Shown: positions 1-9,261 of the stretch, piece after piece | Layout: each line of letters begins with the position of its first letter | Position numbering within the stretch: position 1 is the stretch's first letter | Virus record (IMG/VR): IMGVR_UViG_3300005613_000009 | Span: 32,001-96,000 of that record | DNA: 64,000 bases | Direction: 5' to 3' (one strand) | From: a virus | The notes under the pieces: generated by a model | Database searches by the model: none | Seen by the model: the letters and a program-made list of their open reading frames with translations, nothing else | What the model was told of the DNA's origin: nothing | Program-made: the position numbers and the translations under genes

Positions 1-580
1 TTTCTAACAGGGTTTTGGTCCGAATGTTTTTCTTTTCTCTTTCTTCTGGCGTTAGATCATATCCGTAGTGTTTAATAAATGCTTTGTCTGTAAACTTTGT
101 ACTATTCTCAGAAATATTAGGTTGATTATGGACCGAATCTTTATATCGAATAGCACCATTTCGAAAAAGACGAGATGATACGAATTCAACAACTTTCATA
201 TTTTTCTGCATATCATTTACTATAATCGCAGCACCTAAATATTTACTGGAAAGATCAAAAAGATATTGTTTAAAAGCAGTCGGAGTTATATTGGATAAAT
301 AGAATTCTTCATCAGCATCGATAATCAAAATCCATTCAGATGTGGCATAACTAATAGATTGATTTCGATGTAGGCTAAAATCGTTCATCCATGGATGTGA
401 ATAAACTTTTGCGCCGAATTGTTTACAAATGTTTGGAGAAGTATCTTTCGAACCGGTATCAACAACAATAATTTCGTCAGCAATTTCCTTAATTGACGAC
501 AAACATCGATGAAGGTTTTTTTCCTCATCTCGGACCATCATACAAACCGAAAGCGTATTGTTTCGAAAGGCTTCACTCAT
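1..580 (-). CDS. GT2-family glycosyltransferase (GT-A fold), truncated by the window edge
   Basis: Absent from the ORF track; translated by hand from ATG at 580: MSEAFRNNTLSVCMMVRDEEKNLHRCLSSIKEIADEIIVVDTGSKD...WMNDFSLHRNQSISYATSEWILIIDADEE. It has the GT2 N-terminal motifs (VVDTGS, DADE) and stays open to base 1. Confidence 0.9.
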   Translation of the reverse strand, partial: MSEAFRNNTLSVCMMVRDEEKNLHRCLSSIKEIADEIIVVDTGSKDTSPNICKQFGAKVYSHPWMNDFSLHRNQSISYATSEWILIIDADEEFYLSNITPTAFKQYLFDLSSKYLGAAIIVNDMQKNMKVVEFVSSRLFRNGAIRYKDSVHNQPNISENSTKFTDKAFIKHYGYDLTPEEREKKNIRTKTLLE

Positions 581-611
581 TCCAAACATTCTCCATTTTT
601 CGATGTTTTTA

Positions 612-656
612 TAAAAAACTGTCTGGTTGCGGTCAAAAGACCGCAGTAACCAGACA
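612..656 (-). terminator. Rho-independent terminator after the capsid/cement genes
   Basis: Hairpin GTCTGGTT-GCGGTC-aaaa-GACCGC-agt-AACCAGAC, followed by a T-run on the minus strand. Confidence 0.75.
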
Positions 657-673
657 AAATAATGGGCTAATAT

Positions 674-1117
674 TTATGCACGGCCTTTGGCCATTTGAGC
701 GGTATATGTAATACCAGTACCAGTAGTTCCGGTTACAGTTGTATAGATCCGAAGATACCGATAAACAGTATCAGAGAACATATTACTCCAGAACATCTTA
801 TAAAGTCCGGCTGCATCACTTCTGGTTGCCTTATTTGCACTTGAACCTCCAAGCTCTATAGTCGCCAGAGTAACAATAGGTGTGGCGAAAGTTGAACTTG
901 CGGAACCCTGTAGGGAAATCTCATACAGAATGTCACCAGTGGATGAAGTTCCATCAATTGCACTTACATAAATATCAACAAGCCCAGTTGTGTATCCGCC
1001 ACCTGTATCAAAAATTTTTGCGACAGCATCTACCGAGGCCAATGCACTTGATGTAACAGCGTAAGAATCTTTCATCTCACATTCTGCATCCCAGATTATT
1101 TTTCTATTATCTAACAT
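674..1117 (-). CDS. Capsid cement/decoration protein (Bbp16-like)
   Basis: 147 aa, Ser/Thr/Ala/Gly and beta-strand rich, AGGAG RBS, immediately downstream of the major capsid gene as in BPP-1-type head modules. Confidence 0.6.
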   Translation of the reverse strand: MLDNRKIIWDAECEMKDSYAVTSSALASVDAVAKIFDTGGGYTTGLVDIYVSAIDGTSSTGDILYEISLQGSASSTFATPIVTLATIELGGSSANKATRSDAAGLYKMFWSNMFSDTVYRYLRIYTTVTGTTGTGITYTAQMAKGRA

Positions 1118-1187
1118 ATTGGAATCTCCTTTGTTAAAAGAGTTATATAGTTAAAACAGGTTACCTGCTTTGTATATGGACCAAATC

Positions 1188-2117
1188 TTACGCAGCTACA
1201 GTACCATCAATAACACTCCATAGTCTGGCTGCTGCTTTTGGACGCATGATAGACATAGTGATATACCATTCAACCCTGGTCCGAAAAACCGGTTTTTCAT
1301 CGATTTCACCCAAATCCCTAACGTCCATTTCGCCATTTTGAAGGCCAACAACCCCTGTATCATCGAGAGATACACAATAAATCGATGTACTATTCAAATG
1401 GGAATTACTGTTGGTTTCTGTAAACGGCATAATATCGGTATTGGTATTATCTTTATCAACAATAAGAATAGGCAAATCATTGAATTTGGTAACCCTATGT
1501 CCAAAAGAATCTTGATCATAAGTGATATATCCGCCGACAGAAGCACTTCTTGAAGCAGCACTTAATCGCCGTCTCATGGTTTTATTCATAATCAAATGGG
1601 TAGGATCCTCGACCGCATCAATCAACTCATCAAGTTTAGTCAATGAAAGTACAACGCCACTACTAGCACTGGCTGCAATCAATTGATCACCTGTACAACG
1701 TACTTGAAGACCGTCAAACCCTTTTGGATCAGAAGTTACATCACCTTTAATAAACTCTTTGGTCATTGCCAGTGATATTGCTTTGATCTTCATTGATTCC
1801 TGTGTTGCTCTTTGATCAATACCGCCTGTTTTTACCAACATAACGTCAACATCAAGGTCACCACCTGCAATAGCCAGAGACTCCGTAACCCTCTCAGTCT
1901 CACCAGTTCCTTCGGTATAACTCTCGTTTACGCCACGAAACCCGGCGTTCGGCAATGTTTTTTCACGGTTGAAAGACAAAGCATTTCCATCGATGTTGTC
2001 AAAAGGCATATACTGAAGGATATCGGAATTTTTCGCATAAAGTTCCATTACCGATGCCCTAAGTGCTTCATCTCTTCCAAGAGCAATTTTTGCTGATTCT
2101 ACTAATGTTAATGCCAT
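1188..2117 (-). CDS. Major capsid protein (HK97 fold, BPP-1 Bbp17-like)
   Basis: Start moved to ATG 2117 (AGGAGG RBS). MALTLVESAK...MPFDNIDGNALSFNREKTLP...FIKGD...FDGL...RTRVEWY matches the BPP-1-like capsid pattern. Confidence 0.88.
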   Translation of the reverse strand: MALTLVESAKIALGRDEALRASVMELYAKNSDILQYMPFDNIDGNALSFNREKTLPNAGFRGVNESYTEGTGETERVTESLAIAGGDLDVDVMLVKTGGIDQRATQESMKIKAISLAMTKEFIKGDVTSDPKGFDGLQVRCTGDQLIAASASSGVVLSLTKLDELIDAVEDPTHLIMNKTMRRRLSAASRSASVGGYITYDQDSFGHRVTKFNDLPILIVDKDNTNTDIMPFTETNSNSHLNSTSIYCVSLDDTGVVGLQNGEMDVRDLGEIDEKPVFRTRVEWYITMSIMRPKAAARLWSVIDGTVAA

Positions 2118-2264
2118 TGATAGTTCCTCCTGTTTCAGGTTAGAATCTGTTTGGACAAAAAAAAGGCCAAACAAGTTTATAAAAGATTAACTTTCTTTGG
2201 CCTTCACAGGAGGCTCGTACTTAACTTTTTTTGGCCCAGAAAAAATCGAATGTAGATAATGCAC

Positions 2265-3086
2265 TTATGCTGCTTGTTGACGATGTAGATGTTTTAAACG
2301 TTCCGTAGGAGATAGTTTACTCAAATGGTCTCTTACCTCTTTTTGGTTTGTTGACGTATTACCACCAGCACCGGAACCTCCACCTGTCACACGCATAATT
2401 CGATCTTTCATGGGATACGCATCGATGACAACGCCCAAAGCTTCTTCAAAATCTGCGATTTCGCCTGGTTGTTCTTTGGAAAAGATTTTTTCTCCATTGA
2501 TATAACCAACGACACGCGCATTTGCACCTTCGCCTTCTACTTTAAAATTTTTCGAAAAGTAGTTTGCAGCAATATCGGATGGTAAGGTTGTCTTATCTGC
2601 AATCGTAGGAGAGCTCGCAAAACGAGAATTAACCATTAATTCATAAATAGTTTCGTCTTTGGAACCAAGTGCATTGTTTAACTGTCCCATTTTCTTTTCC
2701 CAAGACCTATTAATTTCGCCCTCTTTTTCTACAAATGCCTTATGCATTTCGGCTTTTAGTGTTTCTACCTGGCCTGCTTTGACAAGATCACCATCCTTTA
2801 AATTTGCAACTGTTTCAAGAGCTTTTTTGGCTTCGGCAGGATCTAAATCCTCAAACTCTTTCAATTTTTCATTGATTTGTTCGGGATCCATTTCACCATA
2901 AAGTTTCAGCTTCTCGCTGGCTTCTTTATAATTGGTATAGTGCCGATTTTTTTCATCAGCTAAATTAGAAATCTTACTGACTGCAGCCTGTGCGTCAAAC
3001 GGTACTTCTTGTCCATCATCATGTATATAAATTGGTTTACCTTCAACTATGACTGCATTTCCGTTCTCATCGAGTTTAAGTTCCAT
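2265..3086 (-). CDS. Capsid scaffolding protein (DUF6651-like)
   Basis: MELKLDENGNAVIVEGKPIYIHDDGQEVPFDA N-terminus, coiled coil, Gly-rich C-terminus; directly upstream of the capsid gene. Confidence 0.8.
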   Translation of the reverse strand: MELKLDENGNAVIVEGKPIYIHDDGQEVPFDAQAAVSKISNLADEKNRHYTNYKEASEKLKLYGEMDPEQINEKLKEFEDLDPAEAKKALETVANLKDGDLVKAGQVETLKAEMHKAFVEKEGEINRSWEKKMGQLNNALGSKDETIYELMVNSRFASSPTIADKTTLPSDIAANYFSKNFKVEGEGANARVVGYINGEKIFSKEQPGEIADFEEALGVVIDAYPMKDRIMRVTGGGSGAGGNTSTNQKEVRDHLSKLSPTERLKHLHRQQAA

Positions 3087-3449
3087 GGCATCACGCCTCC
3101 TGTTTAATTTGACTCACGTCAAGTTTCAAAATTATAAAACATACCTCTTAGTTAGTATTAGTTAATAAGTTTATTAATCACTATTTCCTTTAGCGAACTT
3201 TTATCACAAAAGTTACTGAAATAGACTTCCTTAACCTTATGAAATATAATTACCTAAAGAATTTAATAGCGTTAGTTATTTTATGGTTACAATAAAAATT
3301 TAAAAAGTCAATTGCCATTTTGGGATATTTTGTCCTCTTTTGGAATATTCATGTCCATTCTACTGTTATAAAGCCATATCCAGTATTGACATTAACAATA
3401 GATATCATTTATGTTAGTAAAAACCCAAAATCATACAAGGGATATAGCT
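3087..3449. promoter_or_regulatory. Divergent promoter region between the scaffold/capsid arm and the terminase/portal arm
   Basis: AT-rich intergenic DNA with TTGACA (+, ~3386) and TTGACT (-, ~3306) followed by plausible -10 hexamers. Confidence 0.5.
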
Positions 3450-3971
3450 ATGCCAGAAAAATCCGAAAAAGCCCTACTTAAAACCAATAAAGACTTTCAT
3501 GTTGCAAACAAGAATAGCAAAAGTCAAAAACAGCTAAACTATAATCAAAGAATGTTTTTATTATGTTTTCCCAAAAGTGGGTTTAATATTGCAAAGACAT
3601 GCAGGATTATAGGAATTACAAGGAAGATGTTTAAGAAGTGGCTTAGGGAAAATTCTTTGTTTAAAGAAAAATTTGAGGATTCCAATGAAGAGCAACTTGA
3701 TTTTGTTGAATCGGTTTTATTTCAAAACATTCAACATCAAAATAAGTTTGTATCGAATGTTGCAACAATCTTTTACCTGAAAACAAAAGGAAAGAAACGT
3801 GGCTACATAGAACGTCCGGAATTGAATATCAATCTAAATGATAAAAGAAGCAAAGATGAGATTGACGCTATCGTTCGAGCTGCAGAACAAACAGACGATA
3901 TCGTAATTGATGCTCAAGTTGTTCAAGAAACAACACCGAATGTTCAAATTCCTGAAAACTCAGAATCTTAG
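3450..3971 (+). CDS. terS: Terminase small subunit
   Basis: HTH-like segment (FNIAKTCRIIGITRKMFKKWL) and ATIFYLKTKGKKRGYIER, typical of TerS; directly upstream of terL; start placed at ATG 3450. Confidence 0.75.
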   Translation: MPEKSEKALLKTNKDFHVANKNSKSQKQLNYNQRMFLLCFPKSGFNIAKTCRIIGITRKMFKKWLRENSLFKEKFEDSNEEQLDFVESVLFQNIQHQNKFVSNVATIFYLKTKGKKRGYIERPELNINLNDKRSKDEIDAIVRAAEQTDDIVIDAQVVQETTPNVQIPENSES

Positions 3972-3982
3972 AATAGAAAAAA

Positions 3983-5371
3983 ATGGCACTAACAGAACAA
4001 GAACAATCCAATTTAGCTAATGATTTCGCTTTTTCGCGATTGTTGTCTTATACAAGACTCCAATGGCAAAACTACATAATTGGACAACATCATGCTTTGA
4101 TTGCGAAATACCTTGAAGCAGTTGAGGCCGGAATAATTACTCGTTTAATGATTTGTATGCCACCAAGACATGGCAAAACCATGTTGACATCCGAATACTT
4201 TCCTGCCTGGTATCTTGGCCGAAACCCTGATCAACAGATTATCTTTTGTACTTATTCTCAAGAAAGGAGTGCTGATGTTGGAAAAAGAGTCAGGAATCAA
4301 ATGATTGATACCAGTAGATTCCAAGCTGTTTTTCCAAGATGCAAAGTTGCAAAAGACAGCAAGAGCGTTAGCAAGGTAGGAACCACAGACGGTGGAAATT
4401 TTTTCGCTGTAGGTATTGGTAGCGCTATTACGGGTCGTGGGGCGAATGTCCTAATTTTAGATGATGTTATAAAAGGCCAAGAAGAAGCAGAATCAAATCT
4501 TTTCCGTACAAAGATGAAAGACTGGTATCAAACTACTGCATATACACGACTAATGCCTAAAAATGCAGTAATTATTATCAATACCAGATGGCATTTGGAT
4601 GATCTTAGTGGTTGGCTACTCAGAGAACATCCGGATGAAAATTGGGTTGTTTTGAGTCTGCCAGCTATTGCAGAGAATGAAAATGATTTATTGAAACGTA
4701 GAGTTGGAGAACCACTTTGGCCTGAAGCCTATGACCTTAAACGATTGTTTAGTATAAAAAGTGCAATCGGAACCCGTGCATGGAATGCATTATATCAACA
4801 AAATCCGGTAGGTCGTGAAGGAAGTATTATTCAACTGGAATGGTTGAAACATTATACAAAAACACCTGATAAATTTAAACGTATTGTTCAAAGTTGGGAT
4901 ACAGCATTTAAACCGAAACAAGTCAATGATCCGTCTGTCTGCATTACATTCGGCGAGACTAAATCAAAGACCTATGTTCTGGATGTATTCAAGAAACGAC
5001 TTAAATATCCAGATTTGAAAAAAGCGGCAATAGCACAATACGAAAAGTGGGATCCTAATGTTATTATATGTGAAGACAAAGCAAGCGGACAAAGTTTGAT
5101 TCAAGATTTACAGGATAACTCAATGGTTCCAATTATTCCTATTTTACCTGAATCTGATAAATTAACACGCATGTCTGCTCAATCCGGTAAGATAGAAGCT
5201 GGTCGTTTATATCTTCCTGAAAAAGCATCATGGCTAGTCGATTATGAATCAGAATTATGTAATTTTCCGTTCGGACAGTTTGACGACCAAGTCGACGCTA
5301 CTAGTCAATATCTAAAATATTCATCAAAACCAAAATATAAACGATCAAAGAGGGCTTCATTCTGGAAATAA
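3983..5371 (+). CDS. terL: Terminase large subunit
   Basis: Walker A MPPRHGKT, Walker B LILDD, INTRWH motif, RNase H-like nuclease (QSWDTA...DDQVDATSQ). Confidence 0.96.
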   Translation: MALTEQEQSNLANDFAFSRLLSYTRLQWQNYIIGQHHALIAKYLEAVEAGIITRLMICMPPRHGKTMLTSEYFPAWYLGRNPDQQIIFCTYSQERSADVGKRVRNQMIDTSRFQAVFPRCKVAKDSKSVSKVGTTDGGNFFAVGIGSAITGRGANVLILDDVIKGQEEAESNLFRTKMKDWYQTTAYTRLMPKNAVIIINTRWHLDDLSGWLLREHPDENWVVLSLPAIAENENDLLKRRVGEPLWPEAYDLKRLFSIKSAIGTRAWNALYQQNPVGREGSIIQLEWLKHYTKTPDKFKRIVQSWDTAFKPKQVNDPSVCITFGETKSKTYVLDVFKKRLKYPDLKKAAIAQYEKWDPNVIICEDKASGQSLIQDLQDNSMVPIIPILPESDKLTRMSAQSGKIEAGRLYLPEKASWLVDYESELCNFPFGQFDDQVDATSQYLKYSSKPKYKRSKRASFWK

Positions 5372-5395
5372 TCTTTTAAGAAAAAGGGGAGTATT

Positions 5396-6889
5396 ATGGA
5401 TCTTGACGAAATTAGAGAAACTCATCAAACTTATAAAGACAATATCGAAAATTGGAAACTTTGGCAAATCGCCTACATGGGAGGAAAGAATTTTATAGAT
5501 TATGCAATTAAACGACATAGCCGTGAATCTGTTAAAAATTTCAAGGCCCGAAAAGAAGAGGGTATTGTATTTAACTATAACAGAAGCATTGTAGATTTAT
5601 TTAGTTTTTATTTGACTGAAAAAGACGCTATGCGTGATATAGGTGCTTTGTCAAATGACAAACAGTGGAATATGTTCAGAAAAGATTGTGACCTGTATGG
5701 TACGGATTTTAATATTTTTATCAATAACGCCCAAAAATCAGCATCGATTTTTGGCAGCACAGGTGTATTGGTAGACAAATCAAATTATGGTCTTGCAAAT
5801 AAAGCAGAAGAAATTATCTCTAGTGTATATCCATACTGCAATCTTTATACCCTACCAAATATCTTAGATTGGTCGTTTGAAAGGGATACAATAACTAATC
5901 GGCCAACATTGACTTACCTTAAATTAAAAAATTACGACAACCGTTATTTTATTTGGAGAAAAGATAGTTGGGAAATTTGGGAAATTCCAATTACACCAAA
6001 TGGCCAAGAAAGTGACCCGGTGCTAGAAAGATCAGGCCCTAATATATTGGGCGAAATTCCTTTTTTTTGGTTTATTAATGTTAGGAGCCCTATTGATCCA
6101 TATTTCGGACTAAGTGATATTTCAGAGATTAGTCTAATTACAGCATCCATTATCAGGGATTTATCGTCTTTACAGGAAATTATAAAATTTGCTGGCTTTC
6201 CGATGATGCGAAAACCAATGTTGAAAGAAAGTGAAAGCGAAGAAGATATCGTAGGCCCTAGAGGTGTTTTGGAATTTGATCCTCTTTTAGGTGAGAATGG
6301 AAAACCAGACTGGTTGCTTTCGCCTGTGATGGAACCTGTTAGGGGTGGTTTAGAGTTTATCGAAAGGAAAATTGATGAGATATATGAAACAAGCCATATG
6401 AGCGGAATACATTCACTTGAGAAAAGTAGTGAAGCAAGATCCGGTGTAGCACTTAGATATCAATTTAGCCAGTTGACATCCGTACTCGGTGATAAAAGCG
6501 TAAACATGGTTGAAGCAGAATACGAAATTGTGAGGCTATGGTTGAAATGGCAAAATCAATCAGAACTATTCCCTCATATCCAGATTGCTCGAAGCAAACA
6601 ATTTAGTGTAGATGATATGGCACAAGACCTTCAAAATCTGGCATTAGCTGAGAAGATAGCAGTTAGTAAAAAGCTAAAACGAGAGATTCAAAAAGCAATC
6701 TCACGAAATGTTCTTCCAGATCTTTCAGATGATACAAGAGACGAAATTGACAAAGAAATTGATGTGGCATCATTTGACGAAAATAATGCTATAACGGAAG
6801 ATGAAAAAGATGAAAATGAAGAAAACAATGAATTGAAAAAACGGGTCAGTGATGAAGCTCCTGTTCCTAGGAAAGGATTATTGATTTAA
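5396..6889 (+). CDS. Portal protein (SPP1 gp6/DUF4055-like)
   Basis: 497 aa after terL; YFGLSDISEISL and SGVALRYQF motifs; acidic C-terminus. Confidence 0.85.
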   Translation: MDLDEIRETHQTYKDNIENWKLWQIAYMGGKNFIDYAIKRHSRESVKNFKARKEEGIVFNYNRSIVDLFSFYLTEKDAMRDIGALSNDKQWNMFRKDCDLYGTDFNIFINNAQKSASIFGSTGVLVDKSNYGLANKAEEIISSVYPYCNLYTLPNILDWSFERDTITNRPTLTYLKLKNYDNRYFIWRKDSWEIWEIPITPNGQESDPVLERSGPNILGEIPFFWFINVRSPIDPYFGLSDISEISLITASIIRDLSSLQEIIKFAGFPMMRKPMLKESESEEDIVGPRGVLEFDPLLGENGKPDWLLSPVMEPVRGGLEFIERKIDEIYETSHMSGIHSLEKSSEARSGVALRYQFSQLTSVLGDKSVNMVEAEYEIVRLWLKWQNQSELFPHIQIARSKQFSVDDMAQDLQNLALAEKIAVSKKLKREIQKAISRNVLPDLSDDTRDEIDKEIDVASFDENNAITEDEKDENEENNELKKRVSDEAPVPRKGLLI

Positions 6890-7974
6890 TCCTGCAACCA
6901 TTGACTCATTGTTAATTCTTGGCAACCATAGGTAAATCCTATATTTTCCATACATGTAATCATCGGTTGATTACTGATATTAGCTCCAAGGCTAACGGCT
7001 TTTATGCCTATTTCTGAATACAGTTTTTGACGATAACTTACTAATGCTGTTCCAACCATCATATTGCGGGTTTCGGGATTTACTATTAATCCCATACCTG
7101 ATCTGAGATTAAGTTTCAAACCTGTGTTTTCATGTAGGTTTTTATCGATTGCCATGATAATTGCACCTGCAAATTGACCTTTTATCTTTGCGATAATGAT
7201 TCGTCCAAGTTTCTGTTCATATACCTGCCTGAAACGATTGGCATAAAGTGCCATAGCATGTTTTGAATCAAAACCTTTTTCCGTCACAAATCGACTTGGA
7301 AACATTGATCCCTGATAAGCTTTTTCAATATCGTCTAGATCAGATTCAACAGCATCTGTAAATTGGATATGATAATATTCGTTTTCAACATCGAAAAATG
7401 ATTTAGTATACCCAATCATATTTACAAATCCTTCTGTATATTTATAACCAAACTCTTCTGCTGCACGAATTAAACCGATATTCTCTACAGGGATATTGAT
7501 TGAAATATATTTTAGATCCATTTCTTGTCTTGCAGTTTCGTTAATTTCCATAAACATTTTTTTCCCGGATTCATAATTGACGGAAATGTTTTTATCAACA
7601 CATGATAGGTTCGTAATGCTGCCAATAGGAACATTGAAATAATCCGACAGGAAATCAACTTTAGATAAAACAGATAGGAGATAATGTTTTTCTTCATATG
7701 TAGGGATAATTATATGTTTGTTTTTACATTGAATAATCTTATCAATTTCAGTTAATTCATTGTTTCTTATTTTATTCCACATATCTTCTGGAGCCTTCAT
7801 TCCCCGATACGGCAAATAAAGATTGTTATGTGTAAGATAAAGACATAATAGATAAACATTTGCGTAATAAGAAAACATTTCCATTTCTTCAATGTCCTTT
7901 ATCATCGATTTAATAGTATTAATAATAGATTTTACCAACTTATCGATTGTCTCCGTTGCCATGAATTTTGTCAC
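6886..7974 (-). CDS. GNAT-family N-acetyltransferase (WecD-like); true start probably internal (~7905 or 7884)
   Basis: C-terminal GNAT motifs (GLIVNPETRNMMVGTALV...SLGANISNQPMITCMENIGF); last gene of the sugar operon. Confidence 0.6.
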   Translation of the reverse strand: MTKFMATETIDKLVKSIINTIKSMIKDIEEMEMFSYYANVYLLCLYLTHNNLYLPYRGMKAPEDMWNKIRNNELTEIDKIIQCKNKHIIIPTYEEKHYLLSVLSKVDFLSDYFNVPIGSITNLSCVDKNISVNYESGKKMFMEINETARQEMDLKYISINIPVENIGLIRAAEEFGYKYTEGFVNMIGYTKSFFDVENEYYHIQFTDAVESDLDDIEKAYQGSMFPSRFVTEKGFDSKHAMALYANRFRQVYEQKLGRIIIAKIKGQFAGAIIMAIDKNLHENTGLKLNLRSGMGLIVNPETRNMMVGTALVSYRQKLYSEIGIKAVSLGANISNQPMITCMENIGFTYGCQELTMSQWLQD

Positions 7975-8269
7975 GTTCTTTACGGCTTATTAGTTTTTGG
8001 ATATTGGCTTCCGCGATCAGCTCTATTTTCAAATCGAGTTCTGAACAAATGGTTGCAATATACCACAATACGTCACCAATCTCTTTAGCAATTTCGGAAC
8101 GTTTTCTATGTGTTATAATCCCATCTTCATCTCGGATTACTTTTTTAACTTTTTCAGCTACTTCTCCTGCTTCGCCACAAAGTCCTAACACAGGATATAT
8201 GATATTATGTCCGATGTCTGGATAAACAGCCGTTTTCAAACACGCTTTTTGATATTCACTAAATGTCAT
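7940..8269 (-). CDS. mazG: MazG-like nucleotide pyrophosphohydrolase
   Basis: LGLCGEAGEVAEKVKK...EIGDVLWY...N..KL..R all-alpha NTP-PPase signature. Confidence 0.92.
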   Translation of the reverse strand: MTFSEYQKACLKTAVYPDIGHNIIYPVLGLCGEAGEVAEKVKKVIRDEDGIITHRKRSEIAKEIGDVLWYIATICSELDLKIELIAEANIQKLISRKERDKIHGNGDNR

Positions 8270-8562
8270 AATGATCTCCCCATAGATCTTAAATATGTTT
8301 CAACGGTTTCGATGTCTACAGACTCTTTAAGTTGTTGAGCTAAATTGTCTACATCTTTTTGTGGCGCAAGTAGGAAAAATAGTTTGTTTGTCAAATATTT
8401 TAATGTTATTTGTAACTGATCATATTCTTCATGTGAAAAATCTATTTCATTTTTCATATTGTTGTAATGCATGTCAATGTTTTCTAAGGTCTTTTTTGAC
8501 TTATCTATTTGATACAGTAATCTTGGGATTTGGTTTGTCCCCATTTTCAAACTCCTGACCAT
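8266..8562 (-). CDS. Hypothetical coiled-coil protein
   Basis: In-operon ORF; start/stop overlaps mazG. Confidence 0.6.
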   Translation of the reverse strand: MVRSLKMGTNQIPRLLYQIDKSKKTLENIDMHYNNMKNEIDFSHEEYDQLQITLKYLTNKLFFLLAPQKDVDNLAQQLKESVDIETVETYLRSMGRSL

Positions 8563-8583
8563 TCGCTCTTTTTCAATATAAAG

Positions 8584-8709
8584 TTAACAGCTACCCTTCC
8601 GACCGCCCTTTTTAGGTCCAGCACCTTTACCGGTACCACGACCTTTACCTCTACCTTCACCTGTCCGTGGGCCATTTCCTTTTGGCCCTCTCCCATCTCT
8701 ATTCGGCAT
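8584..8709 (-). CDS. 41-aa Gly/Arg/Lys-rich microprotein (DUF5320-like N-terminus)
   Basis: Absent from the track. Perfect AAGGAGGTG RBS; MPNRDGRGPKGNGPRTGEGRGKGRGTGKGAGPKKGGRKGSC. Confidence 0.75.
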   Translation of the reverse strand: MPNRDGRGPKGNGPRTGEGRGKGRGTGKGAGPKKGGRKGSC

Positions 8710-9241
8710 TATTACTCACCTCCTTTCGATATCTGATTAGTCTAGCATGATCCCCTACGTAAACACCGTAAGGTTCGCAGTTTTTTGAAATAATTGCCCC
8801 AGCTCCGACGAAAGCATGTTCGCCGATTGTTACACCAGCCAATATTAAAGAATGAGAACCGATTACTGCCCCTGATTTAATAAGAACCCATTTTTCTTCA
8901 GAGACTTCATCGTTGATTGCTTTTGGAAACTTCATTCGAGTTGTTGTTACATGAGATCCAATCCATACATTGTCTTCAATTTTACATGCTTGTCCTATCA
9001 TTGTACATCGCTTGATTCTGACATTATTACCAATTTTAACATAACCGCTTGTGTTTACATAATCGTCGAGTTTAACATTATTCCCGATTACAGTACCTGG
9101 CATAAGTTTTACAAAATCCATGATGAAAACATTACTACCAATTGTTACATCATTCATGATCTTACAAAAATTACCAATAAATACATTTGTCCCAATCTTG
9201 GTTTCTGGATGGATAATTGAATATCTTGATGTGTAATTCAA
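8699..9241 (-). CDS. Left-handed beta-helix N-acyltransferase (WbpD/WlbB-like)
   Basis: Hexapeptide repeats (KIGTNVFIG, TIGSNVFI, IEDNVWIG, VTIGEHAFVGAGA); TTG start at 9241 with AGGAG RBS. Confidence 0.85.
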   Translation of the reverse strand: MNYTSRYSIIHPETKIGTNVFIGNFCKIMNDVTIGSNVFIMDFVKLMPGTVIGNNVKLDDYVNTSGYVKIGNNVRIKRCTMIGQACKIEDNVWIGSHVTTTRMKFPKAINDEVSEEKWVLIKSGAVIGSHSLILAGVTIGEHAFVGAGAIISKNCEPYGVYVGDHARLIRYRKEVSNNAE

Positions 9242-9261
9242 TTGTTTTCTCCTGAAAATGT

